Source: an uncultured Actinomycetota bacterium
Lineage (GTDB): Bacteria; Actinomycetota; Actinomycetes; Mycobacteriales; Jatrophihabitantaceae
DNA length: 64,000 nucleotides
Assembly (NCBI GenBank): GCA_963713565.1
Contig: CAVQMF010000003.1
Span: 298,882 to 362,881, forward strand
Direction of reading: 5' to 3'
Both the position numbers and the translations under genes were made by a program. Below, piece by piece: positions 39,016 to 50,648 of the stretch. Position 1 is the first letter of the stretch; every line of letters starts with the position of its first letter. Below the pieces are notes generated by a model. That model saw only the letters and a program-made list of their open reading frames with translations. It had not been told where the DNA came from and ran no database searches.

Positions 39016-40473
39016 ATGACCGACCGTCGGCCCATCGACCCGGTCGATCACGTCCTGCTCAAGCAGGAAACGGACCCGCGGCGTCGATCGATGATCACCC
39101 TTGTCCTGCTGCTCGACGAGGCCCCTGACTGGGATCGTTTCGTGGACCGGCTGCGCCGGACTGCGGTGAGCGAGCCGCGCCTGAGCCAGCGTCTGGTGCA
39201 TCCTTGGACGGGCTTCGGCCCGCCGGAGTGGGCGGTCGATCCCGACTTCGACATCCTGCGGCATGTCGGTCGGAGCACGCTCGCCGGGGCCGGGGGGCTG
39301 CGGCAGTTGCTCGAGCTAGTCGAGAGTTGGGGTGACCTCGCGCTCGATCCGAGCCGGCCGCTGTGGCAGGCGACCCTGGTGGACGGCGCCACGATCGGTG
39401 CGGCGCTGGTCGCGCGGATGTCGCACGTGCTCACCGACGGGTTGGCCGGAATGCAACTGCTCGCCGGACTGGTCGACAGTGGCGTCGGCGAGGCGGCGGC
39501 GGGCCCGGATGACGCGAGCACCGCGGCGGTGCCGGGCACGGCGGCGACCAGGTCCGCCCGGCCGCTGACCGGGGCGCGGCTGTCCGCCGAGCGGATGGTG
39601 CGGGGCCCGGCACGTCTGCAGCTTGCCGGTTGGCGTAACTCGATCGGGCTGATGCGGGCGACCTCCGACGTGCTGAGCGACCCGAAGGCGCGCGTCGGGC
39701 AGGCGGCAAGCTATGCGCGCTCCTTGAGTCGGATGGTCCTTCCGACCACGACGGCGAGTTCGCCCGCGATGCGCGAGCGCAGCAACCATCGGCGATACCT
39801 GCTCCTCGAGGTGTCGGCTCTCGAGCTGCGCAGGGCGGCGCGCCGTGCCGGCGGCTCGCTCAACGACGGCTATCTCGCGGCCGTAGTGGGGGGCCTGCGC
39901 CGTTACCACGAGGCGCACGGCCTGCAGGTCGACGAGGTGCCGTTCGCGATCCCGGTCAGTACCCGGGGGCGGCGCTCCGACGACGCCAGCGGGGACGCCG
40001 GCAACCGCTTCGCCGCTGTCCGCTTCGCCGCGCCCACCGGCATCGTGGATCCAACCGAGCGGATCCGCCGGATCACCGAGACGGTGAAGTCCGCACGTGC
40101 GGAGCCGGCGCTCGACGCCCTGACGACGTTCGCACCGGCGCTCGCCGCGCTGCCGGCGCGGCTGCTGGGTCTGGCCGGCCTCGTACAAGATCATCTTGAC
40201 ATGCAGGCCAGCTATGTCCCGGGTCCGCCGGTACCAGTCCGTCTGGTCGGCTCGACGGTGACTTCGATGTTCGCCTTCGGGCCGCTGCCGGGGCCGGCCG
40301 CGATGTCGGTGCTGCTCACCTACGTCGGCGTCGCGCGCATCGGGTTCACCGTCGACAGCGCAGCCATTGCGGACCTCGACGTTTTCGAGCAGGCGATGAC
40401 CGAGGGTTTCGCCGAAGTGCTCGCGTTGGCCGAGCCGGTGGATCGCCGGACCCCCACGGATCAGGTGACGTGA
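39016..40473 (+). CDS. Wax ester synthase/diacylglycerol acyltransferase
   Basis: RPLW, SHVLTDG (HHxxxDG variant), SLND, SYVPGP. Confidence 0.88.
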   Translation: MTDRRPIDPVDHVLLKQETDPRRRSMITLVLLLDEAPDWDRFVDRLRRTAVSEPRLSQRLVHPWTGFGPPEWAVDPDFDILRHVGRSTLAGAGGLRQLLELVESWGDLALDPSRPLWQATLVDGATIGAALVARMSHVLTDGLAGMQLLAGLVDSGVGEAAAGPDDASTAAVPGTAATRSARPLTGARLSAERMVRGPARLQLAGWRNSIGLMRATSDVLSDPKARVGQAASYARSLSRMVLPTTTASSPAMRERSNHRRYLLLEVSALELRRAARRAGGSLNDGYLAAVVGGLRRYHEAHGLQVDEVPFAIPVSTRGRRSDDASGDAGNRFAAVRFAAPTGIVDPTERIRRITETVKSARAEPALDALTTFAPALAALPARLLGLAGLVQDHLDMQASYVPGPPVPVRLVGSTVTSMFAFGPLPGPAAMSVLLTYVGVARIGFTVDSAAIADLDVFEQAMTEGFAEVLALAEPVDRRTPTDQVT

Positions 40474-40507
40474 ACGCAACGGCGGTCGGGTACCTACGCT
40501 GGTCCGC

Positions 40508-41872
40508 GTGACGCTGTTCGATGCGCAGACCGAGCGGGCGGCATCGGCTGTCGTCGACTACGACCCGGGCGCGCCTCTGGCCGCGCGGATGCGCCCGCGC
40601 ACACTGGACGAGGTCGTCGGCCAGGAGCACCTGCTCGCACCGGGCTCGCCGTTGCGCCGGCTGGTCGAAGGCGACGCGCCGATGTCGCTGATCCTTTTCG
40701 GACCGCCCGGCACCGGCAAGACCACCCTCGCGCTGATCGTCAGCTCGGCGACGAATCGGCGCTTCGAGCAGCTATCCGCGCTCAACGCCGGGGTGAAGGA
40801 CGTGCGTGAGGTGATCGCCCGCGCGAAGGCCGAGCTCACGCACAACGGGCGGCCGACGGTGCTGTTCATCGACGAGATCCACCGCTTCTCCAAGAACCAG
40901 CAGGACTCGTTGCTGGCCGCGGTCGAGGCGCGGCACGTCACCCTCGTGGCCGCGACGACGGAGAACCCGTTCTTCTCGATCGTCTCGCCGCTGCTCTCGC
41001 GCAGCCTGCTGCTCACCCTGCAGCCGCTGGACGAGCGCGCCGTCGAGGAAGTTGTGGACCGGGCGCTGCGCGACGAGCGCGGTCTGGCCGGTGCGGTCAC
41101 GCTCGACGACAAGGCCCGTGCGCACCTGTTGCGACTGTCCGGCGGCGACGCCCGGCGGGCACTGACCGCGTTGGAAGCCGCGGCCGGCACGGTCGTCGCC
41201 GAAGGACGGCAGGCCGTCGATCTTGCGACGCTCGAGCAGGCTGTCGACAGCGCGGCCGTTCGCTACGACCGCGACGGCGACCAGCACTACGACGTCATCA
41301 GCGCGTTCATCAAGTCCATTCGCGGATCGGACGCCGACGCAGCTGTGCACTACCTGGCCCGGATGCTCGAGGCGGGGGAGGATCCGCGCTTCATCGCCCG
41401 GCGCCTGGTGGTGCACGCCTCCGAGGACATCGGGCTCGCCGACCCGACCGCACTGCTCGCCGCGACCGCCGCCGCACAGGCCGTACAGCTGATCGGTCTA
41501 CCCGAGGCGCGGATCAATCTGGCGCACGCCACCATCCACCTCGCGCTCGCCCCGAAGTCGAACGCCGTGGTGCGCGCGATCGACGCGGCTCAGGCCGATG
41601 TGCGCAACGGCCTGGCCGGCGCGGTGCCACCGGCACTGCGCGACTCGCATTATCCGGGGGCCGGCGAGGTCGGCGCAGGGCAACGCTACGTCTACCCGCC
41701 GGACACACCGGACGGCGTCGTGCACCAGCAGTACCCGCCGGACGAGCTCGTCGGGCGCGATTACTACGCACCGTCCGCACGCGGGGCCGAGCATGCGATC
41801 CGCGAGCGGGTCGCCCGATTGCGGAGCATCATCCGCGGGCGCGGGTCGCGCGGCGCCGGCAGTCCGGAATGA
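40508..41872 (+). CDS. rarA: Replication-associated recombination protein A
   Basis: [39 protein letters not shown]. Confidence 0.95.
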   Translation: MTLFDAQTERAASAVVDYDPGAPLAARMRPRTLDEVVGQEHLLAPGSPLRRLVEGDAPMSLILFGPPGTGKTTLALIVSSATNRRFEQLSALNAGVKDVREVIARAKAELTHNGRPTVLFIDEIHRFSKNQQDSLLAAVEARHVTLVAATTENPFFSIVSPLLSRSLLLTLQPLDERAVEEVVDRALRDERGLAGAVTLDDKARAHLLRLSGGDARRALTALEAAAGTVVAEGRQAVDLATLEQAVDSAAVRYDRDGDQHYDVISAFIKSIRGSDADAAVHYLARMLEAGEDPRFIARRLVVHASEDIGLADPTALLAATAAAQAVQLIGLPEARINLAHATIHLALAPKSNAVVRAIDAAQADVRNGLAGAVPPALRDSHYPGAGEVGAGQRYVYPPDTPDGVVHQQYPPDELVGRDYYAPSARGAEHAIRERVARLRSIIRGRGSRGAGSPE

Positions 41873-41929
41873 CCCGATAGGGTCCTCCCAACACGAAGCG
41901 CCGAACAATCCACTCGCTCAGGAGGCCCG

Positions 41930-42346
41930 ATGTCCGGAGGCGAAATCGCCGCTCTGATCGCGGCGGGCGCTTTCGTGCTGCTCGTTTTGCTGCTCGCCGT
42001 CCCGTTGCTCAAGCTCGGCCGCACGCTGGACGAGGCCACGCTCACGTTGCGGCAGACACACGAGGGCGTCGGACCGCTGCTCGTCGACGCACACAGCACG
42101 GTGGAGGCGGTGAACACTCAGCTGGTGCATGTCGAGGGCATCGCGCGGAACGTCAACTCGATGACGACGAACGTCGCGGCGCTCACCTCGGTCGTGTCGA
42201 GCACGCTCGGCAGCCCGATGATCAAGGCTGCGGCGTTCACCTACGGCGTCCGCAAGACCGTCTCCGACCGGCGCGACGCCGACGCCGTGAAGGTGGCGCG
42301 CCGCCGGCACCGCTCGGATCGCCGGGCCGTGCGGGGCAGGGCCTGA
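41930..42346 (+). CDS. DUF948 domain protein
   Basis: N-terminal TM plus coiled coil; conserved position before alaS. Confidence 0.85.
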   Translation: MSGGEIAALIAAGAFVLLVLLLAVPLLKLGRTLDEATLTLRQTHEGVGPLLVDAHSTVEAVNTQLVHVEGIARNVNSMTTNVAALTSVVSSTLGSPMIKAAAFTYGVRKTVSDRRDADAVKVARRRHRSDRRAVRGRA

Positions 42347-42612
42347 TGCGCAGGCTGTTCTGGCTGGTGATGGGCATCACCATCGGGGCGCTGGTCGTGC
42401 GCAAGGTGTCCAGAGCCGTCGAGCGATTGACCCCTCGGAGCATCGCGACGGGGATCGGCGAAGGGTTGGCCGAAATCGCTGATGCCGTCGGCGATTTCGC
42501 CGCCGACGTCCGCGCGGCCATGAGCGAGCGCGAAGCTCAGCTGCGCGAGAGCACGGGCATGGACGGCATCCTGGGCAAAGACCCGGACGAGGCGCCGCCA
42601 CCCGTGTCATAG
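42346..42612 (+). CDS. Small conserved membrane-anchored protein (DUF6167-like)
   Basis: [22 protein letters not shown]. Confidence 0.75.
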   Translation: MRRLFWLVMGITIGALVVRKVSRAVERLTPRSIATGIGEGLAEIADAVGDFAADVRAAMSEREAQLRESTGMDGILGKDPDEAPPPVS

Positions 42613-42697
42613 CGCAGTCAAACTTCGCGCCCGGCGCGCGCCGGCGCCCACGCGTGCAGGAAGATCGGCGCCGCGGCACGTCTGGCAGAGTGGCTTT

Positions 42698-45409
42698 GTG
42701 AGATCTGCGGAGATCCGGGCGCGCTTCCTCGGCCATTTCCAGCGCAACGGGCACACCATCGTGCCCAGCGCACCGCTGCCCTTCGACGATCCCAACCTGC
42801 TGTTCGTCAACGCCGGCATGGTGCAGTTCGTGCCCTACTTCGTCGGCCAGCAGAGCGCGCCCTGGGCCCGGGCGACGAGCATTCAGAAGTGCATCCGCAC
42901 GCAGGACATCGAGGAAGTCGGCAAGACCACCCGGCACAACACGTTCTTCCAGATGAACGGGAACTTCAGCTTCGGCGACTACTTCAAGCAGGGTGCCATC
43001 GAGTTGGCCTGGCAGCTGTCGGTCAACCCGCTCGATGCCGGCGGCTTCGGTCTCGACCCGGAACGGATCTGGGCCACCGTCTACCTCGACGACGACGAGG
43101 CCATCGACATCTGGCACAACGTCGTCGGCCTGCCGCTGGAGCGCATCGTGCGCAAGGGCATGGACGACAACTTCTGGTCCATGGGTATCGCCGGGCCGTG
43201 CGGGCCGTGCAGTGAGCTGTACTACGACCGCGGGCGCGACTACGGGGCGGCGGGCGGCCCGGCGGTCGACGAGGACCGTTACATGGAGTATTGGAACCTC
43301 GTCTTCATGCAGAACGAGCGGGGCGCGCAGACCGGCCCCGGGAAGTCCGACTTTCCGATCCTCGGCGAGCTGCCGCGCAAGAACATCGACACCGGCATGG
43401 GCATGGAACGGATGGCCACGCTGCTGCAGGGCGTCGACAACCTCTACGAGATCGACGAGACGCGCCCGGTGCTCGAGCACGCGGCGCACCTGGCCGGCAA
43501 GACCTACGGCGCCCACTCCGGGCACGCGGCCAGCGAGTCGCACCCCGACGACGTGCGGCTGCGCGTCGTGGCCGACCACGTCCGCACCGCGTTGATGCTC
43601 ATCGGCGACGGCGTCACCCCGTCCAACGAGGGCCGCGGTTACGTCCTGCGCCGCATTGTGCGCCGCGCCGTGCGAGCGATGCGCCTGCTCGGTGTGCACG
43701 AGCCGGTACTGCCCCACCTGCTGCCGGTGTCCCGCGATTGCATGGCGCCGTCCTATCCGGAGCTGGCCAGCGACTTCGAGCGCATCTCCACCTACGCCTA
43801 TGCCGAGGAGGACGCGTTCCTGCACACCCTGCGCGCGGGCACGACACTGTTCGACACCGCGGTGACCACGACCCGCGCGGCAGGCCGCACCCAGCTGCCC
43901 GGCTCGAGCGCGTTCCAGCTGCACGACACATTCGGCTTCCCCATCGAGCTCACCCTCGAGATGGCGGCCGAGCAGGGCATCAGCGTCGACGAGACGGGCT
44001 TTCGTCGGCTGATGGCCGAGCAGCGGGCCCGAGCCAAGGCCGACGCGCAGGCGAAGAAAACCGCCCACGCCGACCTGTCGCTGTACCGCGCCGCCCGCGA
44101 CAGCTCGGCCGCCACGATCTTCACCGGCTACGTCGAGGTGGTCCGCGAGGCCGTCGTCACGTCCATCATCGGCACCGACGGGCTGGTCGCGGCCGCGGTT
44201 GAGGGCGACGACGTCGAGGTCGTCCTCGACTCCACCCCATTCTACGCCGAAGGCGGTGGTCAGCAGCCGGACTGGGGCCGCATTCTCGTCAACGCCAACG
44301 GCCGCGCGGCCGACCTCACCGTCGTCGACGTGCAGGAGCCGATTCCCGGACTCATCACCCACCGCGTGACCGTGCTGTCGGGACAGGTGCGCCCGGGTGA
44401 CCCGGTGCTTGCGCAGGTCGATCCGGCGCGGCGCGTGTCGGTGTCGCGCAGCCACTCGGCCACGCACCTGTTGCACTCCGCGCTGCGTCGCTCGCTCGGT
44501 GACAGCGCTGCGCAGGCCGGCTCGCTCAATGCACCCGGACGGCTGCGATTCGACTTCAAGACGCCGTCCGCCGTCCCGCGCAGCGTGCTCACCGATGTTG
44601 AGCAGGAGATCAACGAGGTGCTCCTGCGTGATCTCGAGGTGCGCTGGTTCGTCACCGACCAGACGCAGGCGCGCCGCCTGGGCGCGATCGCCATGTTCGG
44701 CGAGAAGTACGGCGACGAGGTCCGCGTCGTCGAGATCGGCGACTACTCCCGCGAGCTGTGCGGTGGCACGCACGTGCCGCGCAGCTCGGTGATCGGGATG
44801 GTCAAACTGCTCAACGAGGCGTCGATCGGGTCCGGCGTGCGCCGGGTAGAGGCCCTGGTCGGCCTGGACGCCTTCCGCTTCCTCGCCCGCGAGCATGTGC
44901 TCGTGTCCCAGCTGGCGGATGAGTTCAAGACGCCGCCCGACGAGCTGCCGGAGCGCATCGGCGCAGTCTTGGAGCGACTGAAGAGCGCCGAGCGCGAACT
45001 CGGCCGGTTGCGGGCGGCGCAGGTGCTCGCGGGCGCCGCATCGCTTGCCGCGGGCGCGCAACAGGTCGGTCCGGTGTGGTGCGTCACCGCGCGGGCCCCG
45101 GACGGCGTCGCCGGAAGCGACCTGCGCGCCTTGGCGGTGGACGTGCGCAGTCGGCTCCGGCCGGCCGAGCCCGGCCTCGTGCTGCTCGCCTCGGCCGCTG
45201 CGGACGGCGGTGTCGCCTTCGTCGCCGCGGTGAACGAGGCGGGTCAGGAGCACGGCCTCAAGGCTGGGGAGCTCGTGCGGACGTTCGCCCCCGCACTCGG
45301 TGCCCGCGGGGGCGGCAAGGCCGATCTCGCCCAGGGCGCGGGTGGCGACGTAGGCAGGCTGGATGCGGCCTTCGCCGCGGTACGTGCGGAGCTGGCCGCG
45401 TCGCCATGA
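42698..45409 (+). CDS. alaS: Alanine--tRNA ligase
   Basis: [20 protein letters not shown], editing HSATH..CGGTH, GGGK. Confidence 0.99.
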   Translation: MRSAEIRARFLGHFQRNGHTIVPSAPLPFDDPNLLFVNAGMVQFVPYFVGQQSAPWARATSIQKCIRTQDIEEVGKTTRHNTFFQMNGNFSFGDYFKQGAIELAWQLSVNPLDAGGFGLDPERIWATVYLDDDEAIDIWHNVVGLPLERIVRKGMDDNFWSMGIAGPCGPCSELYYDRGRDYGAAGGPAVDEDRYMEYWNLVFMQNERGAQTGPGKSDFPILGELPRKNIDTGMGMERMATLLQGVDNLYEIDETRPVLEHAAHLAGKTYGAHSGHAASESHPDDVRLRVVADHVRTALMLIGDGVTPSNEGRGYVLRRIVRRAVRAMRLLGVHEPVLPHLLPVSRDCMAPSYPELASDFERISTYAYAEEDAFLHTLRAGTTLFDTAVTTTRAAGRTQLPGSSAFQLHDTFGFPIELTLEMAAEQGISVDETGFRRLMAEQRARAKADAQAKKTAHADLSLYRAARDSSAATIFTGYVEVVREAVVTSIIGTDGLVAAAVEGDDVEVVLDSTPFYAEGGGQQPDWGRILVNANGRAADLTVVDVQEPIPGLITHRVTVLSGQVRPGDPVLAQVDPARRVSVSRSHSATHLLHSALRRSLGDSAAQAGSLNAPGRLRFDFKTPSAVPRSVLTDVEQEINEVLLRDLEVRWFVTDQTQARRLGAIAMFGEKYGDEVRVVEIGDYSRELCGGTHVPRSSVIGMVKLLNEASIGSGVRRVEALVGLDAFRFLAREHVLVSQLADEFKTPPDELPERIGAVLERLKSAERELGRLRAAQVLAGAASLAAGAQQVGPVWCVTARAPDGVAGSDLRALAVDVRSRLRPAEPGLVLLASAAADGGVAFVAAVNEAGQEHGLKAGELVRTFAPALGARGGGKADLAQGAGGDVGRLDAAFAAVRAELAASP

Positions 45410-45900
45410 CCGGCGACCGCGCACGCGGCGAGTTCGTGCCGGATCCCGGGCAGCCTGCGTTAGGTACACCGGCGCAGCCGGGTATTTGGTTCGGCGTGGA
45501 TGTCGGCACGGTCCGAGTCGGGGTTGCGCACAGCGATCCGCGCGGGGTGCTCGCCGTGCCGCTGGCGACGCTGCGGCGGGACACACGCACCGACGCGGAC
45601 ATCGGTGAGCTGGCCGCCTTGATGGATGAATACGAGGCGGTCGGCGTGGTCGTCGGACTCCCGCGCACCCTGTCCGGACATGAAGGGCGATCGGCACAAA
45701 TGGCCAGGTCGTACGGCCTGGCGCTCGCCGCCCGGATCGACCCGAAACCTGTGGACTACGTGGATGAGCGGCTCACCACGGTGTCAGCACAGCGTAAACT
45801 GCGCGAGGGCGGGGTCCGAGGACCGGCCGGGCGTGGCGTCATCGATCAGCTCGCCGCCGTGGAATTGTTGCAGCAGTGGTTGGAGCTGCGCCGCGGCTGA
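45406..45900 (+). CDS. ruvX: Holliday junction resolvase-like / pre-16S rRNA nuclease
   Basis: [27 protein letters not shown]. Confidence 0.93.
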   Translation: MTGDRARGEFVPDPGQPALGTPAQPGIWFGVDVGTVRVGVAHSDPRGVLAVPLATLRRDTRTDADIGELAALMDEYEAVGVVVGLPRTLSGHEGRSAQMARSYGLALAARIDPKPVDYVDERLTTVSAQRKLREGGVRGPAGRGVIDQLAAVELLQQWLELRRG

Positions 45901-45950
45901 CCGTCGGCACAGTGCGAACCGCACGACGGACTGAGCAGAGAGGCGGCGGC

Positions 45951-47285
45951 GTGACGCAGCGCGAAGGCGGACCGGCCGCGGACCCGCATGGCGGCCTGTT
46001 CCTCCTGGGCCCGCAGGACCACCCCGACCTGCACGACAGTCCCGAACTGCCTGACTTTCACGACCCGCACGACAGCGGATACCTGCTCGACGACTACGAC
46101 ACCGTCGAGGCAGATGTGGGCCGGCGGGCCGGCGGTCGGGCCACCCGCGGAGGACACTCTGGCGGGCACGCGAGCAAACGCCGTCGCCGTAACCGTGGCC
46201 TGGTCGCGGTTCTCGCTGCCCTGTTCATCGTGGTCGCCGCCGTCGGCGTCTACCTCGTCGTCAGCCCGATCTACCGGTACCTGAACCCCGACGACTATGC
46301 CGGATCCGGCACCGGGACGGTGATCGTCACCGTGCACGCCGACGACGGCGCGACGCAGATCGGGACCGAGCTGCACGATCGTGGCGTCGTGGCGAGCGTG
46401 CGTGCGTTCACGAACGCCGCGGCGGACGACGACAGGTCGACGACGATCCAGCCGGGGTCCTATCGGCTGCGCAAACACATGTCCGCCAGCTCCGCGCTGA
46501 CCCTGCTGCTGGAGCCCAGCAGCCGGCTGAACAACGACGTGCTCGTGCCCGAGGGTGCAACCACATTCGACGTCACCGCCGCGCTGACCACACCGCAATG
46601 CAGTGCCAGCTCGGCACAATCGACACGATGTGGACCGGGCCTGCCCGCGGCCGATGTCGCGAGGGCACTGAAGGACGTGAAGGCGCTCGGGGTCCCGACG
46701 GAGTACACCATCAACGGCACGACACCGACCTCGGTCGAGGGCTTCCTGTTCCCGGCGACCTATCCGATCGCGGGCAACTCGACGGCAGTCGAGGCATTGC
46801 AGCAGATGGTGAACAACTTCACCGAGAACGCGCGCCAAACCAACTTCACCTCGGCGGCGAAGGCGCTGCACATCACCCCGTACCAGCAGTTGATCATCGC
46901 CTCGATCGCGCAGGGCGAAGCCAAGTTCGCCGACGACTATCCGAAGGTCGCCCGGGTGATCTTGAACCGGCTCGCGGTCCACAAACCGCTGCAGATCGAC
47001 GCGACGAGCGTGTACGGCGCCAAGCTGAAGGGCCTCGACCCACGCAAGGTGATCTATCACCAGCTGGATTCGCCGTACAACACGTACCTGTACTCGGGGC
47101 TCCCGCCGACGCCGATCGGCAATCCGGGCACCGAGGCAATGGACGGTGTGACCAAGCCGACCCCCGGCAAGTGGATGTTCTACGTGAACGGCGACGCCGA
47201 GGGCCACCTCGCCTTCTTCACCAGCGAGGCCGAGTTCGTCAAGGCCGCCGCGAAGTGCCGCGCGCACCACTGGGGCTGCGGGTAA
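45951..47285 (+). CDS. mltG: Endolytic transglycosylase
   Basis: EGFLFPATY, SIAQGE, LQIDAT, SPYNTY, GLPPTPI. Confidence 0.93.
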   Translation: MTQREGGPAADPHGGLFLLGPQDHPDLHDSPELPDFHDPHDSGYLLDDYDTVEADVGRRAGGRATRGGHSGGHASKRRRRNRGLVAVLAALFIVVAAVGVYLVVSPIYRYLNPDDYAGSGTGTVIVTVHADDGATQIGTELHDRGVVASVRAFTNAAADDDRSTTIQPGSYRLRKHMSASSALTLLLEPSSRLNNDVLVPEGATTFDVTAALTTPQCSASSAQSTRCGPGLPAADVARALKDVKALGVPTEYTINGTTPTSVEGFLFPATYPIAGNSTAVEALQQMVNNFTENARQTNFTSAAKALHITPYQQLIIASIAQGEAKFADDYPKVARVILNRLAVHKPLQIDATSVYGAKLKGLDPRKVIYHQLDSPYNTYLYSGLPPTPIGNPGTEAMDGVTKPTPGKWMFYVNGDAEGHLAFFTSEAEFVKAAAKCRAHHWGCG

Positions 47286-47288
47286 GCG

Positions 47289-48116
47289 ATGCCGGCGCGC
47301 CAGGCCGCCGTCCTCGGCCGCCCGATCGAGCATTCGCTCTCACCGGTGCTGCATCGCGCGGCGTACGCCGCACTCGGCCTGGACTGGACCTACACGACGA
47401 TCGATTGCGGCGTTGCGGAGCTGCCGGCCCGCCTGGCCGAACGTGTCGACTGGGCCGGCTTCTCGGCGACGATGCCGCTCAAGCACGCGCTGCTCGACGT
47501 GGCGGCACACCTGCGACCGGTGGCGCGAGCCGTCGGCGCGGCGAACACGCTGCTCCCGGCCGCGGACGGGTGGATCGCGGACAACACCGACGTTGCCGGG
47601 ATCATGGCCGCGCTCGCCGAGCACGCGGTGGCGCCGCGGTCGGCGACCGTGCTGGGCGCCGGCGGCACCGCGCAGGCGACGCTCGCGGCACTCGCCGCCC
47701 TCGGGCTGGACTCCTGCACCATGCTGGTGCGCGAGCCGACCCGCGCAACGCGGGCGCTGGACACTGCTGCGCGCGTCGGCATGCGAGTCACCCTGCAGCG
47801 GCTGGATCGCGCCGCGTCGGCCCTGGACGCCGATTTGGACGCCGATCTGGTCGTCTCGACGCTGCCTGCGGGCGTCGCGGACCCGCTCGCCGCACGGTCG
47901 TGGCGGCGGGGCCAGACGGTGTTGGACGTGGTCTACGCGGGTTGGCCGTCGCTGCTCGCGGACGCTGCCCGTAACGCGGGGGCCACGGTGGTCGGCGGGG
48001 CGCTGCTGCTGCTGCACCAGGCGGCGGCCCAGGTGTCGTTGATGACCGGCCAGGACGCACCGGTGGCTGACATGCGCGCTGCGCTGGCTGCTGCACTGCC
48101 CGACTGTGGTGTCTGA
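47289..48116 (+). CDS. aroE: Shikimate dehydrogenase
   Basis: HSLSP, TMPLK, NTD, GAGG. Confidence 0.95.
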   Translation: MPARQAAVLGRPIEHSLSPVLHRAAYAALGLDWTYTTIDCGVAELPARLAERVDWAGFSATMPLKHALLDVAAHLRPVARAVGAANTLLPAADGWIADNTDVAGIMAALAEHAVAPRSATVLGAGGTAQATLAALAALGLDSCTMLVREPTRATRALDTAARVGMRVTLQRLDRAASALDADLDADLVVSTLPAGVADPLAARSWRRGQTVLDVVYAGWPSLLADAARNAGATVVGGALLLLHQAAAQVSLMTGQDAPVADMRAALAAALPDCGV

Positions 48117-48168
48117 CTGCGGTGTGGTGTCTGTCGGGCCCCGCTCAGGGGCACTTAGGCTTGCCGCC

Positions 48169-48963
48169 ATGGCAGGCGGGACGACGCGACGCGCGATCGT
48201 CCGGCTGGCGCTCGGGGCCGAGCCGGCACCCGCACCCGACTACCTCGCCGTAGAAGCGCCGCTCGTGCTCGCCCTCGGGGGGCAGCACATTGCCACGCTG
48301 ATGCGTACTCCGGGCAACGACCTGGAACTGGCCGCCGGTTGGCTCGTCGTGGAGTCCGGCGTCCGTGAGCCCGACGACATCGCCACCTTGCGCGCCTGTC
48401 GTGAGGACGACACCGACCGCGTGCACATCACGCTGCAGGACGGCGTCCGGCCGCCGCGGCCACGGGCGTTCGTGACTTCGGCGGCGTGTGGCGTGTGCAG
48501 TGCGGACGTGCTCGATCTGCGCCCGTCGGCGACGAGCGCACCGCGCACCGGTGGGTGGACGGTGTCGCGCGAGACGCTGTCCGGGTTGCCCGCCGCACTG
48601 CGCGCCGGTCAGCGCACGTTCGACCGCACCGGTGCCGTCCATGCCGCCGCGCTGGCGGCGCACAGCGGTTCGGTCTCGCTTGTCTTCGAAGACGTCGGGC
48701 GCCACAACGCCGTCGACAAGTCCGTCGGCGCGGCGCTGTTCGCCGGCGAACTGCCGGCACAGAACCGGCTGCTCGTCGTCAGCGGACGCGTGTCCTTCGA
48801 GATCGTGCAGAAGGCGGTCACCGCCGGCGCGGCCGGGATCGTCGCGGTGTCGGCGCCGTCCAGCCTTGCTGTCGACCTCGCGCGCGAGTACGGCCTGGTG
48901 CTGGCCGGCCTGGTGCGCGACGGTCGGCTCAACGTGTACGCCGGCGCCGACGCGGTCACCTGA
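48169..48963 (+). CDS. fdhD: Formate dehydrogenase accessory sulfurtransferase
   Basis: MRTPG, SAACGVC, EDVGRHNAVDK, SGRVSFE. Confidence 0.93.
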   Translation: MAGGTTRRAIVRLALGAEPAPAPDYLAVEAPLVLALGGQHIATLMRTPGNDLELAAGWLVVESGVREPDDIATLRACREDDTDRVHITLQDGVRPPRPRAFVTSAACGVCSADVLDLRPSATSAPRTGGWTVSRETLSGLPAALRAGQRTFDRTGAVHAAALAAHSGSVSLVFEDVGRHNAVDKSVGAALFAGELPAQNRLLVVSGRVSFEIVQKAVTAGAAGIVAVSAPSSLAVDLAREYGLVLAGLVRDGRLNVYAGADAVT

Positions 48964-49021
48964 CCCTCGAGACGACGTGGTCCGCGCCGCGGTTGTCCGC
49001 CGTCCCCGGCGCGGTCACCAG

Positions 49022-49285
49022 TCAGGTCGGTGGGTCGCCGGCTGCCGCCTGCGCGGCCGCGAGGTGCTGGGCGAGTGCGGCGCACGCGGCGACCGCCTCG
49101 GCACCACCGCCGCGCAAACCGGCCGCATAGCCGACGAGAAACGTCGTCAGTGGCGCCGCCGGTCGCGCCACGCCGTGTGCCGCGTCGCGTGCCACATCGA
49201 GCAGCAACGTCCGATCGACGTCCGTCGCGTCGATCCCGAGCGCCGCCGAGAGATCAACCACCCACTGCGCCAGCAGATCCGCCAT
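49022..49285 (-). CDS. DUF6457-like protein
   Basis: LLDVARDAAHGVARPAAPLTTFLVGYAAG; GGAGGAG RBS. Confidence 0.8.
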   Translation of the reverse strand: MADLLAQWVVDLSAALGIDATDVDRTLLLDVARDAAHGVARPAAPLTTFLVGYAAGLRGGGAEAVAACAALAQHLAAAQAAAGDPPT

Positions 49286-49856
49286 CAGCTCCTCCATCCG
49301 GTTGACCGTCGAGCGTGCGGGCGAGCGCGAGGTCCTGCCAGGTGTCGCAGTCGCGGCCCCACCCGTCGCCGTCCGCGACGGCGACGGTCGCGACGCCGGC
49401 CACCAGCGCACGCATCGATCGGCCGGCCGGCGCGCCGAGGGCGGCCAACGCGGTGAGCAGCGAGCACCGTCGCCAGGCGGCCGCCAGGTAGTTCAGCCGC
49501 CCGGCCCGGTCGCACAGGCACGCCGTCCCGTCCACCGGCACGGCGCTGAGCAGCATCGGCACCGCGGGTGCAATGCCGGGCAGGTCCGCAGCGAGCAGGA
49601 GTACCACATCGGCTGAGGTGCGCGGCACTCCGGCGGCGAGCGCGGCCACCGGGCCGCCGCCCGCCGGGTCCTCGCGGCACCAGGTCACCGACCGGTGGAC
49701 CGGCTGCCGCGGCCCGACCACGACGACGCGCCCACTGTCCGGCACCGCAGCCACCACGCGGTCGAGGAGCGTGACTGTGCCGATCCGCAGCTGTGGCTTG
49801 GCGACGCCACCCAACCGGCGCGCCGCACCACCGGCGAGCACGATCGCGTCATACAC
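49254..49856 (-). CDS. mobA: Molybdenum cofactor guanylyltransferase-like protein
   Basis: AIVLAGGAARRLGG..KP, GGGPVAA, ADLP, DCDT. Confidence 0.85.
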   Translation of the reverse strand: MYDAIVLAGGAARRLGGVAKPQLRIGTVTLLDRVVAAVPDSGRVVVVGPRQPVHRSVTWCREDPAGGGPVAALAAGVPRTSADVVLLLAADLPGIAPAVPMLLSAVPVDGTACLCDRAGRLNYLAAAWRRCSLLTALAALGAPAGRSMRALVAGVATVAVADGDGWGRDCDTWQDLALARTLDGQPDGGADGGSAGAVGG

Positions 49857-49899
49857 AGGCCCGACGGTAGTCACCCGCGGCGCCGTAGGCTCGGCGCCC

Positions 49900-50583
49900 A
49901 TGTCTGCTGCCCTCGGCGCTTTGGGCGCCCTCGTCGTCGCGGCCGGCTGCACCGCGCTTGCGCCGTATCTGGCCCGACTCACGCGCAGCGTCCCGGACCG
50001 GAGCAACCGGCGGTGGTGGCGCGGTGAGCGGGCGGAGCCGCCGCGGGTCGCGGCGGTGGTGCTCGTCGGAGTGTTGTTCGGCGGCCTCGCCGGCGCGGCG
50101 GCGGGATGGAGCGCGCTGCTGCCCGCGTTCGCCGCCCTGGCTGTCGCGGCCACGCCGTTGTCGGTGGTCGACTGGGAGCACCACCGGCTGCCCGATCGCC
50201 TGGTCGTCCCGGCTGCGATCGCCGGCGCACTGCTGCTGACGCTGGCCGCCGGGGCGCGCAGTGACTGGTCGGCCCTGGCGCGCGCCGGCGCGGCTGCCGT
50301 GGCCGTCCTTGCGGTGCTGCTCACGCTCAACCTCGGTTCACCGCGTGGGTTCGGGGTCGGCGACGTGAAAGTCGGTGCCCTCCTCGGCGGCTATCTCGGC
50401 TGGTTCGGCTGGGCGTACGTGTTCTGGGGGCTGTTCGCGGGCTTCGTCCTCGGTGCGGCGGTCGCGCTGACGCTCGTCGCCGCGCGGCGCGCGACGATGA
50501 GCAGCCCCGTCGCCTTCGGTCCGATGCTCGTGCTGGGCGCGCTCGCGGTGCTCGCCGTGCCGCGGCTGCACCCGTCCGGCTGA
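49900..50583 (+). CDS. Prepilin peptidase (A24) family protein
   Basis: VDWEHHRLPD, GVGDVK, AFGP. Confidence 0.88.
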   Translation: MSAALGALGALVVAAGCTALAPYLARLTRSVPDRSNRRWWRGERAEPPRVAAVVLVGVLFGGLAGAAAGWSALLPAFAALAVAATPLSVVDWEHHRLPDRLVVPAAIAGALLLTLAAGARSDWSALARAGAAAVAVLAVLLTLNLGSPRGFGVGDVKVGALLGGYLGWFGWAYVFWGLFAGFVLGAAVALTLVAARRATMSSPVAFGPMLVLGALAVLAVPRLHPSG

Positions 50584-50648
50584 GTGGCACAACCGGTCAG
50601 CCGGCTGATCGGGCATAGGCGATCGGCTGGTTCTGACAGACTCGGCCC

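Noticed and set aside
34554-40473. Lipid gene group (SGNH, TesB, PaaI, thiolase, WS/DGAT) as a novel pathway
   Set aside because: These are common actinobacterial lipid-turnover genes in mixed orientations with nothing distinctive.
42377-45697. 1106-aa antisense ORF (likewise 59815-62184 and many other long shadow ORFs)
   Set aside because: These are antisense or off-frame shadows of alaS, carB and other genes, expected in high-GC DNA.
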